From a virus (taxonomy: Duplodnaviria > Caudoviricetes): a DNA stretch of 27,835 nt. Below, one piece after another: positions 17,084 to 25,938 of the stretch (the first letter of the stretch is position 1; every line of letters starts with the position of its first letter). The stretch spans positions 1 through 27,835 of IMG/VR virus record IMGVR_UViG_3300026187_000075. One strand, written 5' to 3'. A program made the position numbers and the translations under genes. The notes below the pieces were generated by a model, which made no database searches, was not told the origin of the DNA, and was given only the letters and a program-made list of their open reading frames with translations.

Positions 17084-18415
17084 TTATTCCAGTTCTATTA
17101 CTATTCGAATGTCTTCGGTTTGATTGCTTGCACGTTGAATGCCATCAACGTTATTTATGTACAATATTTCACCCGAATAACGATCAAATTCAGGATTACC
17201 CAATGATTGTATTTCAGCGGTTGCACCAGAAGTACTCTGAACAACCTCTCCATTTAAGAATTCACCAAACCCTGTTGAATCGTTTTGGAAATAATATAAT
17301 TTCGTACCGTCTTGATAGAACACCTTACCGAAAGCTGTAAGTGACGTGTTATTGAAATCTTCGTCATTAACAAAAGATCCACTGATATTTGCAATGTTTA
17401 GGTAGTTCATTGCATTTGCAGTGTTCACTGTAAGATCTGAATCCCCATTGTATTTTTTCAGGTTACGGAATAGAGAAACAGTTTTGAATTCGTTCTGCGC
17501 AAGGATCGTATTGTTTTCGTTGTTTTCGAAATCAACCTGCATCATGACCGACTTCGCAAACAATGTATTGACAGGATCTTTATTTAAACCACCTCTTGGT
17601 GCAATTATTGGTCGTAATACCGCATTACCATAAGATGGTTCAACCTTTGCGAAATCGTATCCCGTCCCGTGCAGTCGATTTCCTTCACCATCCGAATCGA
17701 TTTCTACTCGAACTATTCTTCCGTTGTAAACAGTCGCATTATATACAGCAGAAGATCCGTTTCCTTGTATTGAAATACTTGGGTTTACAGAATATCCTGT
17801 TCCACCCGAGTCGATTGCGATTCCAATGATCTCACCAGAGATCGCAGAGTCCTGTAAAGTTTTCTGTCCGACTTCAGAAAGAATGGTCGGTGTCCCAGTG
17901 ATAAATTTTACGGGCATATACGAATTGTTTTTGAAATTCGAAAACGCAATGTTTGACATAGTGTATAGGTATCTCCAAAGATACCCATCACTCGTTTTAA
18001 ACGTGTTTATAAGTTTGCCCGTAATAAGAGAAGTGGAAGGTTCTACAGTGGAAAGGATCTCCACTCCCTGATTGGTCTTCGCAGTCTGTATGCAAACAAA
18101 AACTTCTCGGTTTTGATTCAATACGTAAAAATTAGTCAACGAACTGTTGTTGTCATCCCAAGCATTATAAACAGTGTTTGCTTGCCATTCAACCGTTGGA
18201 ACAACCATTGACGCTTGATTCGCAACCTTGATTGATTGTAATTCATGACGAACAACCATTTCTTTTCGTCGAGTGTCACTTAAAACATTCGAAATATCGT
18301 TGTCAAGTGATCTACCGATACCAACGTAATAAGTAGAACCGCCAGAATCAATATCTGACAACCAAAGGTTGCCCAATAATTTTTTATAATCTGGTGTAAT
18401 CGTTGATGTTGACAT
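17084..18415 (-). CDS. gp8: Baseplate wedge subunit gp8-like (443 aa)
   Basis: YYVGIGR, FYVLNQNREVFVC, STVEP, TSDGYLWRYLYT, and C-terminal YSGEILYINN...RASNQTEDIRIVIE. Confidence 0.85.
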   Translation of the reverse strand: MSTSTITPDYKKLLGNLWLSDIDSGGSTYYVGIGRSLDNDISNVLSDTRRKEMVVRHELQSIKVANQASMVVPTVEWQANTVYNAWDDNNSSLTNFYVLNQNREVFVCIQTAKTNQGVEILSTVEPSTSLITGKLINTFKTSDGYLWRYLYTMSNIAFSNFKNNSYMPVKFITGTPTILSEVGQKTLQDSAISGEIIGIAIDSGGTGYSVNPSISIQGNGSSAVYNATVYNGRIVRVEIDSDGEGNRLHGTGYDFAKVEPSYGNAVLRPIIAPRGGLNKDPVNTLFAKSVMMQVDFENNENNTILAQNEFKTVSLFRNLKKYNGDSDLTVNTANAMNYLNIANISGSFVNDEDFNNTSLTAFGKVFYQDGTKLYYFQNDSTGFGEFLNGEVVQSTSGATAEIQSLGNPEFDRYSGEILYINNVDGIQRASNQTEDIRIVIELE

Positions 18416-18442
18416 ACTATTTCTCTTAAATTACTATTTGTT

Positions 18443-18450
18443 TATTTATA
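18443..18450 (-). promoter_or_regulatory. T4-type late promoter TATAAATA upstream of gp8
   Basis: Exact consensus overlapping the gp6 stop codon, 28 nt above the gp8 ATG. Confidence 0.75.
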
Positions 18451-20245
18451 CGGTGTTCGTGACAACAGCACGTGTAGTCGATGCATTCGGATCATAATTA
18501 AGAATGTTGTTCCTCAACGGATTTATTGTTGCTTGGTTTGCTGGAATCGCAACAATTTTGATATACTCTCCCGTGATGATCGAAGGAGAAAAACCGGAAA
18601 GATATAACACACCCGTTGTTATATCGTAGTAACCAACGTTATCAACTTCCGAAGATGCGGTCTTGGTATTGAACACTTCGATAATGTTCGAACCCAATCG
18701 GTTTCGAAGTTTGCAAACCTTTCCATTTAAAAAGAAAGTGTCGGAGTTGATGATAAAAATATCGTCTTCGGGTGCAGCAATTGATGTGGGGAACGTTATG
18801 GTATATGAACTCACACCAGATCTTGGAACCAAACGATATTGCATCTTGATGTCTGCACGACTCGAAAGGATTGACGGATCGGTGTCATCTATCTGTGTCA
18901 ATAAATTCGATCGACGAAACGATTGGTCAAAAGAACCCAGATTGGCATCGAAAAATGATTTCATAGTATTTTTAACAGTTGATTCGATACTGGTTTTACT
19001 TTGCGAAGTAAGATTCTGGTTCCACTGAAAAACAGTCGAGATTTCCAAAAAGGTATTGACCGGATCTACGAACTGAACGTCAAACGATGCGACAGACAAA
19101 TCTCTTGCAAGCGCAACGATGTCGTTTTTGGTTTTTCCTTGAATGGACGTATCATCTGTGTCAAAGTCGATTGACACAAACACCGAACCATATTGAGGTG
19201 GTAAATTATCTTCACCACCCCATGATTTAATATCATTAATAACACCCGAAAAATTCCTCAAGATCAATGCAGAGTAATCTTCTGCTGTTACCATTCTGTT
19301 TTGTGTTGCATAAAGGTAAGGTGCATTCTTTCGAATGGATTCCAGTTCTTCTTTCTCCGAACCACCAATTGCAATTGCAACGGTTGATATTTTTACTTCT
19401 TTACCGTCAAGGGTGGAATCAGGTGAAAATGTTTTCGCACCATTTGATTCCGAACCCGCAACTCTGTCATATGAAATAACGATCTTATTTCCAGGCTGGG
19501 GTGAGTTACCGAGTCGTCCACTATTTCCCAAACCATTTGCAAAGGTCACTTCATAGAAACCGTTGGGTGTCTCTTTGATCGAAAAAATCTTCGAAGTAGA
19601 TTGAATACTGGTTGCGTTATTGATATTGATATAATTGTCGAAACTGTTCGAGGATACATTATCGTATACTCTAACCGTGATTGTGTCCAGATCCAAATTA
19701 GTTACTGGTATGACATACGTTTCGTTTTCGGATGCAGGTCCTGCAATGAAGGTCTTGGTTGCTTGTATACCTTCGTAAATTGCAACGTTGATGTTTCCAT
19801 CCAGTGCAAAGTAATAACGATCCGAACCGTCATTGACCGCAGTCAGGTTCTCTCGTGTTTTGAAAGTGTATGAGACATTGTCGACCGTAGTGGAAAACGT
19901 GAAACCCGCAGGCATCGTGATCGTTGAAGGATTGCTGTTGTCGTTGACATACATGTTAACAACAGCATAAGATGCTTTTTTCGATCCTACAGTATAACCC
20001 AAACTACCCGCAAGAGCAACCAGAGAAGAACGCAATTGTGCAGTCGAGAGGTATGACTCGTTCAATGCAAAGTTTGCGATCAATCCATTGTAATGTGTGT
20101 TATATGCTAATACATCCAACAGATTAGAAATACCAGAAGCTTCGAAATTGTAATCGGCAAATTCTGGTTTTTGTGCCAAAAACAATTTCAAGTTGTTCTT
20201 GATGGTATCAAAATCTAATTCTGTAGATTTAATTGTTGTTGTCAT
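18446..20245 (-). CDS. gp6: Baseplate wedge subunit gp6 (599 aa)
   Basis: ELDFDTIKNNLK.FL..EF.DYNFEASG..LLDVLAYNTHYN..ANF..NESYL.TAQLRSS; SIRKNAP..YATQNRMVTAEDY; WGGEDN.PPQYG.VF. GGAGA ribosome-binding site at 20252-20256. Confidence 0.93.
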   Translation of the reverse strand: MTTTIKSTELDFDTIKNNLKLFLAQKPEFADYNFEASGISNLLDVLAYNTHYNGLIANFALNESYLSTAQLRSSLVALAGSLGYTVGSKKASYAVVNMYVNDNSNPSTITMPAGFTFSTTVDNVSYTFKTRENLTAVNDGSDRYYFALDGNINVAIYEGIQATKTFIAGPASENETYVIPVTNLDLDTITVRVYDNVSSNSFDNYININNATSIQSTSKIFSIKETPNGFYEVTFANGLGNSGRLGNSPQPGNKIVISYDRVAGSESNGAKTFSPDSTLDGKEVKISTVAIAIGGSEKEELESIRKNAPYLYATQNRMVTAEDYSALILRNFSGVINDIKSWGGEDNLPPQYGSVFVSIDFDTDDTSIQGKTKNDIVALARDLSVASFDVQFVDPVNTFLEISTVFQWNQNLTSQSKTSIESTVKNTMKSFFDANLGSFDQSFRRSNLLTQIDDTDPSILSSRADIKMQYRLVPRSGVSSYTITFPTSIAAPEDDIFIINSDTFFLNGKVCKLRNRLGSNIIEVFNTKTASSEVDNVGYYDITTGVLYLSGFSPSIITGEYIKIVAIPANQATINPLRNNILNYDPNASTTRAVVTNTV

Positions 20246-20261
20246 TTATGTTCTCCAGCGT

Positions 20262-20909
20262 CTATAACAACTGATTGTTTCCGGTTTGAGTTAATATTGG
20301 TTCACCCGCTTGAGTCAACAATCCGATGAGTGCGATATCTATTCCGATCAGATCTCCACCCAGTGTCAACAATCTGTTTGAATCTTCACTCAACAAGATT
20401 TCATCGAAGATCGGATCTGGCGTAACAGGTGGTACAAATGCAATGGTGCCAATTTGTTCTGTGACACCGACACGCAACACATCAACAAATCCAGTTTGTA
20501 CAACTCTAAACTCTATTATGACCGAAAGATAATTGTAGTCAGGTGATGCGACTACCTTTAAACCAGTGATCTTTGCTCTAGGTTCATATCTTTCGATTGC
20601 AATTTTTATATCGTCTATGATTTGATCGGAAGTGCTAGCATCCATCAAATCAAACAATCTATTACCTAAATTACCACCAAACTTTGGACGGTAAGGTTTC
20701 TCGTGGTGATTGGTCAACAACAGATTCTTTATGGATTGTTTAACCGCAGCGGCATCCAGTTTCTTAAGAATGTCACCATCACCATTTAAAAAACCAAACT
20801 CGTCTGTTCTTGCAGACAGAGTAAGATCAATATCAGAATACTTTCGTGTCTTGACGACACGAATATTCGATGATAAATTTCCGTCTTCTGGTGAAAAAAC
20901 TTTAGGCAT
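20262..20909 (-). CDS. gp25: Baseplate wedge / sheath-initiator gp25 with C-terminal extension (215 aa)
   Basis: YSDIDL, AVKQSIKNLLLTN..EKPYRPKFGGNL..LFD, AIERYEPRA. Confidence 0.9.
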   Translation of the reverse strand: MPKVFSPEDGNLSSNIRVVKTRKYSDIDLTLSARTDEFGFLNGDGDILKKLDAAAVKQSIKNLLLTNHHEKPYRPKFGGNLGNRLFDLMDASTSDQIIDDIKIAIERYEPRAKITGLKVVASPDYNYLSVIIEFRVVQTGFVDVLRVGVTEQIGTIAFVPPVTPDPIFDEILLSEDSNRLLTLGGDLIGIDIALIGLLTQAGEPILTQTGNNQLL

Positions 20910-20927
20910 TGTAAAACCTTTTCTTTT

Positions 20928-20935
20928 TATTTATA
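20928..20935 (-). promoter_or_regulatory. T4-type late promoter TATAAATA upstream of gp25
   Basis: Exact consensus in the 29-nt intergenic gap, 19 nt above the gp25 ATG. Confidence 0.8.
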
Positions 20936-20938
20936 TCA

Positions 20939-21673
20939 TTAATCTGGAAGTATTTCTAACAGTTCGTTCTTTGCTTGAAGTTCACCGTTATAAATTGTTT
21001 CCAAATCATATTTGTAAGAAACATCGAAGGACGAAGGAACTTCGGGCATCTCTAGAAATATTGTACTTGTCAGTTGACCTGATGGATCAAATGTGTCATA
21101 ATATAATGTAATCTTATCATAATTGATATAATCTTTCCAATAGACCGCAAGGTCAAATGCCATACGTGGATCTGATTTACCAAACTTATCGACCACTTGA
21201 TAACCGATCGTTCGTCCTTCTCTTCTTAAGTCATTAATACTGTCCGAACTGGGGGATTCACCCACATACTGCGGAATCCTCGCAACCCACCCATCCGGTC
21301 CTTTACCATATGAAGCATTCGGTATTCTTTGTGTGACCAACTTTGCGGCAAGTTCACTTCCCTGTTTTGATTCCGTGACCTGAAACTTTGGATTGGGTTC
21401 GTATATTCCATCCGACACAGTCAAACGGTGTTGTGCGAATAACGGGTTTGAATAGAACACCTGCATTGCGTGTGAGTGAGGAACAAGGTTACGTGCGATC
21501 TGATTTCGATTTGCGGAACCCGAGAACCCCTTCGAATACAATTTTTCGAATTGGGTCCTAGAACCCAACGCACCCAAAAACTTTGCACACGTAATCCCCG
21601 GCCCTAATTGTGTCGAAGACGTGATTCTCCCTTGCAAATCAGGATTGTATTTTGGTTCAACTAATATAATCAT
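20939..21673 (-). CDS. Hypothetical baseplate-hub-associated protein (244 aa), possibly a degenerate peptidase M15-like fold
   Basis: ATGA-coupled to the gp5 beta-helix gene. The layout (TQLGPGIT.AKF ... NL ... LTVSDG.Y ... GRTIGY ... YDKITLYY) loosely follows M15 domains found at gp5 C-termini, but Zn ligands are not evident. The ORF is solid; the function is weak. Confidence 0.6.
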   Translation of the reverse strand: MIILVEPKYNPDLQGRITSSTQLGPGITCAKFLGALGSRTQFEKLYSKGFSGSANRNQIARNLVPHSHAMQVFYSNPLFAQHRLTVSDGIYEPNPKFQVTESKQGSELAAKLVTQRIPNASYGKGPDGWVARIPQYVGESPSSDSINDLRREGRTIGYQVVDKFGKSDPRMAFDLAVYWKDYINYDKITLYYDTFDPSGQLTSTIFLEMPEVPSSFDVSYKYDLETIYNGELQAKNELLEILPD

Positions 21674-23133
21674 TTACTCACCTTGAATCGTTTACTTCGA
21701 TTGTCCGCTGGATTGTTACCCAACAACGTAGAACCGAATCGTATCGTACCTTTTTTACTTGCGGTTCTTCCGATATTTGCACCGATGTTTTTCTTGAAGT
21801 CTTTGTTAAGTTTACCCTGACTCACAAGATAACTAGTGAACGTATTATTGTCGAAGTTCGCAGGATCACGTAATTTAGAACGTATTTCATGAATGGTTGG
21901 GTCGTGATTAAACAATCCATCGTACTCGTCAGACTTACTGATCTTATCTTTGAGTTTGGGATCAACTGATACGTTACGAATACCGTAACTACTTGACGAC
22001 AGTTGCAATTCCACAATCGCAGGATTAGGAACCGGAGCAGTCGGAGGTAACGGTATGAATGGCATAACGCCAGGGACTGGTGGTGTTATTACAGGTGGTG
22101 GACCCGCACCCAGAGATGCAGCAGTCACTGCGGTAGTCGCTGCACCTGCACCAACCGCAAATCCCGCTTGACCAGAGATCGAAGAATAATCAGAACGAAT
22201 TGCTTCCGCAGCCTTACCTATCAAAGTTCCATAGAACGTAGAAAGATTTGTAAGTCCCGCAGGGAAACCACCGTATGTTTTACCATAGTGATCAATTAAT
22301 GGACCACCGATCGTACCTTTGTGACCGATCATTGACACATGACGTGCAGTAATGTTTGCGGTCGATGCCGCAGCAACCCATTCGTTTACCGCAGTTGTCA
22401 CCAAATTCTGACCTGTCAATATCTCGGTGTTACCCTGAACCAGTTGTTTCATATCACCCGCAACAATCAGGTTCATGTCTTCGAGACACGTACTGGTTGC
22501 CATTCCAATGACCTGTTCACCCCGTGCGCCTCGAATCGTGTAGTTCTGATCACGATTTACTGTCTTGGTGTGTCTACCCTTGATTTCTTCGATTCGATCG
22601 CCCCCAACATTGACGTTATAATTACCGCCAACATCAAGATTGAAATCCCCGTCAACACGTAAAGTAAGATTGCCTTTGTAAACAAGATTTCCTTCTCCTT
22701 CTACAATGACTTTGGAACTACCACCTACCACTTCCACACGTTGATTTTTAGAAGAGATAACAACACTACCGTCAGCACGCATTTCCACACCAGAACCCGT
22801 TCGGTGTTTAATCAGAATGCGTTCAGCGCCGGGGGTGTCATCCATTTCAAATGAATGTCCCGATGGAGTTTCTGTCACTTGGTTGAACGGAAACACCGAA
22901 GGTTTCTGATCTTCAAGATCGAGGGGCACATCGAGTTCACCACCACCTATCGACAGGTTGTTAACCTCTTCACCCTTTGCTGCTTTGTTTATACTACTAG
23001 AATAATAATAATCTCGTCGGGGGAACTCCCCGTTTGGATCGACAAACCCATCTGTAGGAACTCCATCCGTTTCTTCTACACCTTCTCCCAAAGCATAAAG
23101 TCGAGAGAAGTAATTGTCAACATTGGTTGTCAT
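21670..23133 (-). CDS. gp5: gp5 C-terminal module: baseplate puncturing needle (triple beta-helix) protein (487 aa)
   Basis: DPNGEFP, FPFNQVTETPSGHSFEMDDTPGAERI..HRTGS..EM..DGS, followed by 8-residue VxGxxxxx repeats (VEGEGNLVYKGNLTLRVDGDFNLDVGGNYNVNVGGD). Confidence 0.85.
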   Translation of the reverse strand: MTTNVDNYFSRLYALGEGVEETDGVPTDGFVDPNGEFPRRDYYYSSSINKAAKGEEVNNLSIGGGELDVPLDLEDQKPSVFPFNQVTETPSGHSFEMDDTPGAERILIKHRTGSGVEMRADGSVVISSKNQRVEVVGGSSKVIVEGEGNLVYKGNLTLRVDGDFNLDVGGNYNVNVGGDRIEEIKGRHTKTVNRDQNYTIRGARGEQVIGMATSTCLEDMNLIVAGDMKQLVQGNTEILTGQNLVTTAVNEWVAAASTANITARHVSMIGHKGTIGGPLIDHYGKTYGGFPAGLTNLSTFYGTLIGKAAEAIRSDYSSISGQAGFAVGAGAATTAVTAASLGAGPPPVITPPVPGVMPFIPLPPTAPVPNPAIVELQLSSSSYGIRNVSVDPKLKDKISKSDEYDGLFNHDPTIHEIRSKLRDPANFDNNTFTSYLVSQGKLNKDFKKNIGANIGRTASKKGTIRFGSTLLGNNPADNRSKRFKVSK

Positions 23134-25058
23134 TCAACACCTCCCTTTATGATTTGTTCTTTGGTGAATGGCGATTGATTTTCTGGGTCATCAAACAAAG
23201 ACTCTTTACCAAATTTAAAACGAACGTATTCTCGAACATCAAAGCCAGGGTCTTCTTCGAACGAGTCTATGTCATTGTGACCCAACATCTGTCCACCTTG
23301 GAATATAGAGAAGAACGCCCTACAGAAATGATCGAATGTGTTCAATTGACTTCGAGTTAACGATTGGACCGATACGAAATCATCTATGTTAGGTGTACCT
23401 GACGGAACATTAATTCCACCCACAAATGCAATTCCTATACTTCGACTGTTGTGTCCATTGACATCCGCATGTTGTCCTTCTATATTCAAGGGTCTTCCTT
23501 TCTGAAGTGATCCGTCTCTTCTAATGATGTAATGATATCCGATACCATCCAAACCCAGTTCAAGATGATATTTATTAATCTCTTCTGAACCGATGTTCTT
23601 ATTGGTTGCAGTTTCTGTCCAGTGCACCACGACTTCAGTAACTTCTCTTGTGACCTTTGTTAGTTCGGCTTGCAATTCTTCGGTAGATGAGATATAAGGA
23701 AAAATCGGGTCTCCTAATCCATTCTCCCAATTCTTTTCATAACTTCCTATGACATAAGGTTCGGAAAACACAGTCTCGGAAGGCGGTTGCAGAGTCGCAT
23801 TTGTAATAGTCGTGTCTATCCCGTTCAAGAATGTTTTAATAATATTATAAGATTTACCTGTTATGGATTCGAGATCCTTAACTGCATTATTAAAATCTCG
23901 TGAATCTCCTTGGGATAATGTGACAATGTTTTGTGCACGATCAAACGAGATCACCGTTGGTTTGCAAAAATCTCTGACACGTTGAACCACATCAGTTAAT
24001 ACTTCTGAACTCAAGGCTTGAATTATACCCAGTCCACTGTTTTTGGCAATTCGTGTTCGGACCAGTGTTCGTTTTTCATCAGTGATTCGATTATACTGTG
24101 ACCGCGAACGCGAACTTGACTGAACCGAGGCCAACACTTCTGCACCATTTTTACCCGTGAGGTTTTCGAGGTCTGACTTCGCACCTTCTAGATTCTGTTT
24201 GACTTCTTTGGCCGTGGTTACTATTTCTTTCAGATCTTTCAAGGGATTGGTTTTGATCTTGTCGATTGCGGAGTTGACTTCAGTCAATGCGTCTGCCATT
24301 GATCCAGTTATTGAGGTTCTTGTGACGGTTTGGTTACCCAATCCATCAATTCCGACTCCACTTACTGCTTCAATAGTTGCGTTGATACTACCGATTGTAC
24401 CAGTAGTGATCGCATCCTTGACCGTTGTTTCAAATTCGTTTACCACACTGTTGATTGCTTCGCCAGCAAGGTTACTGATACCTTCCGAAGTGAATGCACC
24501 GATCTTTCCTTCGACTAAATCTTTACCTGCTTTCAACAACCCTTCTGCGGATGCATCCGTGACAATCTGTTGTAACGAACCTGGCCCCACACCCAGGCCT
24601 GTTATGAGTTGCAGAATCGCAGCAACCGTACCAGACACACCACCTTCTTCTTCTAATGACGATGCAATGGGGTAGATCATTCCACTCGAATCAGGTTCGG
24701 TAAATTGAATTTCGACCTTCGCCCCCAGTCCCAGTTTCGATGCAAGGTTTGAAATCTGGTCATTGACAAAATCTGTTGCCATGTTCTCAAGACTTTGTAC
24801 ACCATCATCAATCAAACCTTCGACGGTGGTATTATTCAGTTTGTCTTGAAATGCATCAAATTTTTGAGTGATTTGTTTTACCCCACCTTCGATCTGACCC
24901 GCAATTGACCCCGCCTTGGTCTCGATACTGTTTTGTAAATCAGTCGCAGCTTTGTTTGCGGTCTCTTCTATCTTCTTTGTGTCGAACGAAGACGCCGCTT
25001 CCTTTACGGTGTCTTTTAGTTTCTTTGCTTTATTTTCTACTACTTCATTCGCCATCAT
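23130..25058 (-). CDS. Long helical N-terminal region fused to a C-terminal N-acetylmuramoyl-L-alanine amidase (Amidase_2, T7 lysozyme/AmpD-like) (642 aa)
   Basis: VVVHWT, GIGYHYIIRRDG...GRP, HA..GHNSRSIGIAFVGG, GHND....DPGFDV. Confidence 0.88.
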   Translation of the reverse strand: MMANEVVENKAKKLKDTVKEAASSFDTKKIEETANKAATDLQNSIETKAGSIAGQIEGGVKQITQKFDAFQDKLNNTTVEGLIDDGVQSLENMATDFVNDQISNLASKLGLGAKVEIQFTEPDSSGMIYPIASSLEEEGGVSGTVAAILQLITGLGVGPGSLQQIVTDASAEGLLKAGKDLVEGKIGAFTSEGISNLAGEAINSVVNEFETTVKDAITTGTIGSINATIEAVSGVGIDGLGNQTVTRTSITGSMADALTEVNSAIDKIKTNPLKDLKEIVTTAKEVKQNLEGAKSDLENLTGKNGAEVLASVQSSSRSRSQYNRITDEKRTLVRTRIAKNSGLGIIQALSSEVLTDVVQRVRDFCKPTVISFDRAQNIVTLSQGDSRDFNNAVKDLESITGKSYNIIKTFLNGIDTTITNATLQPPSETVFSEPYVIGSYEKNWENGLGDPIFPYISSTEELQAELTKVTREVTEVVVHWTETATNKNIGSEEINKYHLELGLDGIGYHYIIRRDGSLQKGRPLNIEGQHADVNGHNSRSIGIAFVGGINVPSGTPNIDDFVSVQSLTRSQLNTFDHFCRAFFSIFQGGQMLGHNDIDSFEEDPGFDVREYVRFKFGKESLFDDPENQSPFTKEQIIKGGVE

Positions 25059-25938
25059 TCACTACCTTATCATAAGCATTCTTGACTAGTTCCACCGTGT
25101 CATTATTTGTAAATAGGTATTTTTTATTAAACAGTTTACTCGCAGATTCCAGATCGGTTGTTTGTTTCAGTTGGTTGTTCACCAAATTAAAACGATTACG
25201 CAATTCGAACAAAATATACTGCAACTGAATCGAAAACCGTTTCCAGTTTGAACTGGGTTGATATTGATTTGCAAATCGTACAAGTCCTGCATATCGACTA
25301 CCGATCTGATCGTTTTTAATCCACCGAATAATTCCTGTGAATGGAACTTCGACTTCGTTCGATTCTTCGTTTTCTTCGTAGGTAACGAATTGAGAAATAC
25401 CTTCGATACCACCCGTGATCGCAGCAGAGTGAATTACACTGTAACCGTTGTCAATGAAAAACTTCATGCACTGCATACGTCTCAATTCCAAGTTCGCTTC
25501 TCGTATGTTATCGTCCTTGAAACTGAACGAGATTACATTTTGATAACGTTCGGTCGAATATTTAAATTTGTCATTTCCAACCGTTTGTCTTCCGGTCTGT
25601 ATGGAAGTTGGTAATTCTGTTCGAGGAAGACTTCCAAGGACTAAAGGTATTTGTGAACTTTTACCATCAAGGAATATACCAAAGACAAATGATCCCGCCA
25701 ACAATTGGGGGACACGACCGTATCCAGAAACACCGCCTTCGGTTGTAGGTAGACACACTTGGGCCCAAGGTAGATCTTTTTCTGGTATGTCTTCTGTCCT
25801 AGGACTATGTACACCATTAATACGAACCTTGACTCGTCCTTCCAGACCAGCGGGTGGATTTGCATTGATCACTGTACCGAAAAACCAACGGTGATCATCA
25901 CCATAATATTCTTCTTGAATAGGTCTTAAAATATTCAT
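25045..25938 (-). CDS. gp5: gp5 N-terminal OB-fold module fused to a degenerate phage tail-lysozyme-like domain (297 aa)
   Basis: WFFGTV....GRVKVRINGVH...DLPWAQV..PTT..GVSG.G...GSFVFGIFLDG..SQ.PLVLGSL is the Gp5 OB fold. The C-half FF..NGYS...AAITG...GIIRW...R...L..FA...QL.YI..EL resembles Phage_lysozyme2. Confidence 0.85.
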   Translation of the reverse strand: MNILRPIQEEYYGDDHRWFFGTVINANPPAGLEGRVKVRINGVHSPRTEDIPEKDLPWAQVCLPTTEGGVSGYGRVPQLLAGSFVFGIFLDGKSSQIPLVLGSLPRTELPTSIQTGRQTVGNDKFKYSTERYQNVISFSFKDDNIREANLELRRMQCMKFFIDNGYSVIHSAAITGGIEGISQFVTYEENEESNEVEVPFTGIIRWIKNDQIGSRYAGLVRFANQYQPSSNWKRFSIQLQYILFELRNRFNLVNNQLKQTTDLESASKLFNKKYLFTNNDTVELVKNAYDKVVNDGE

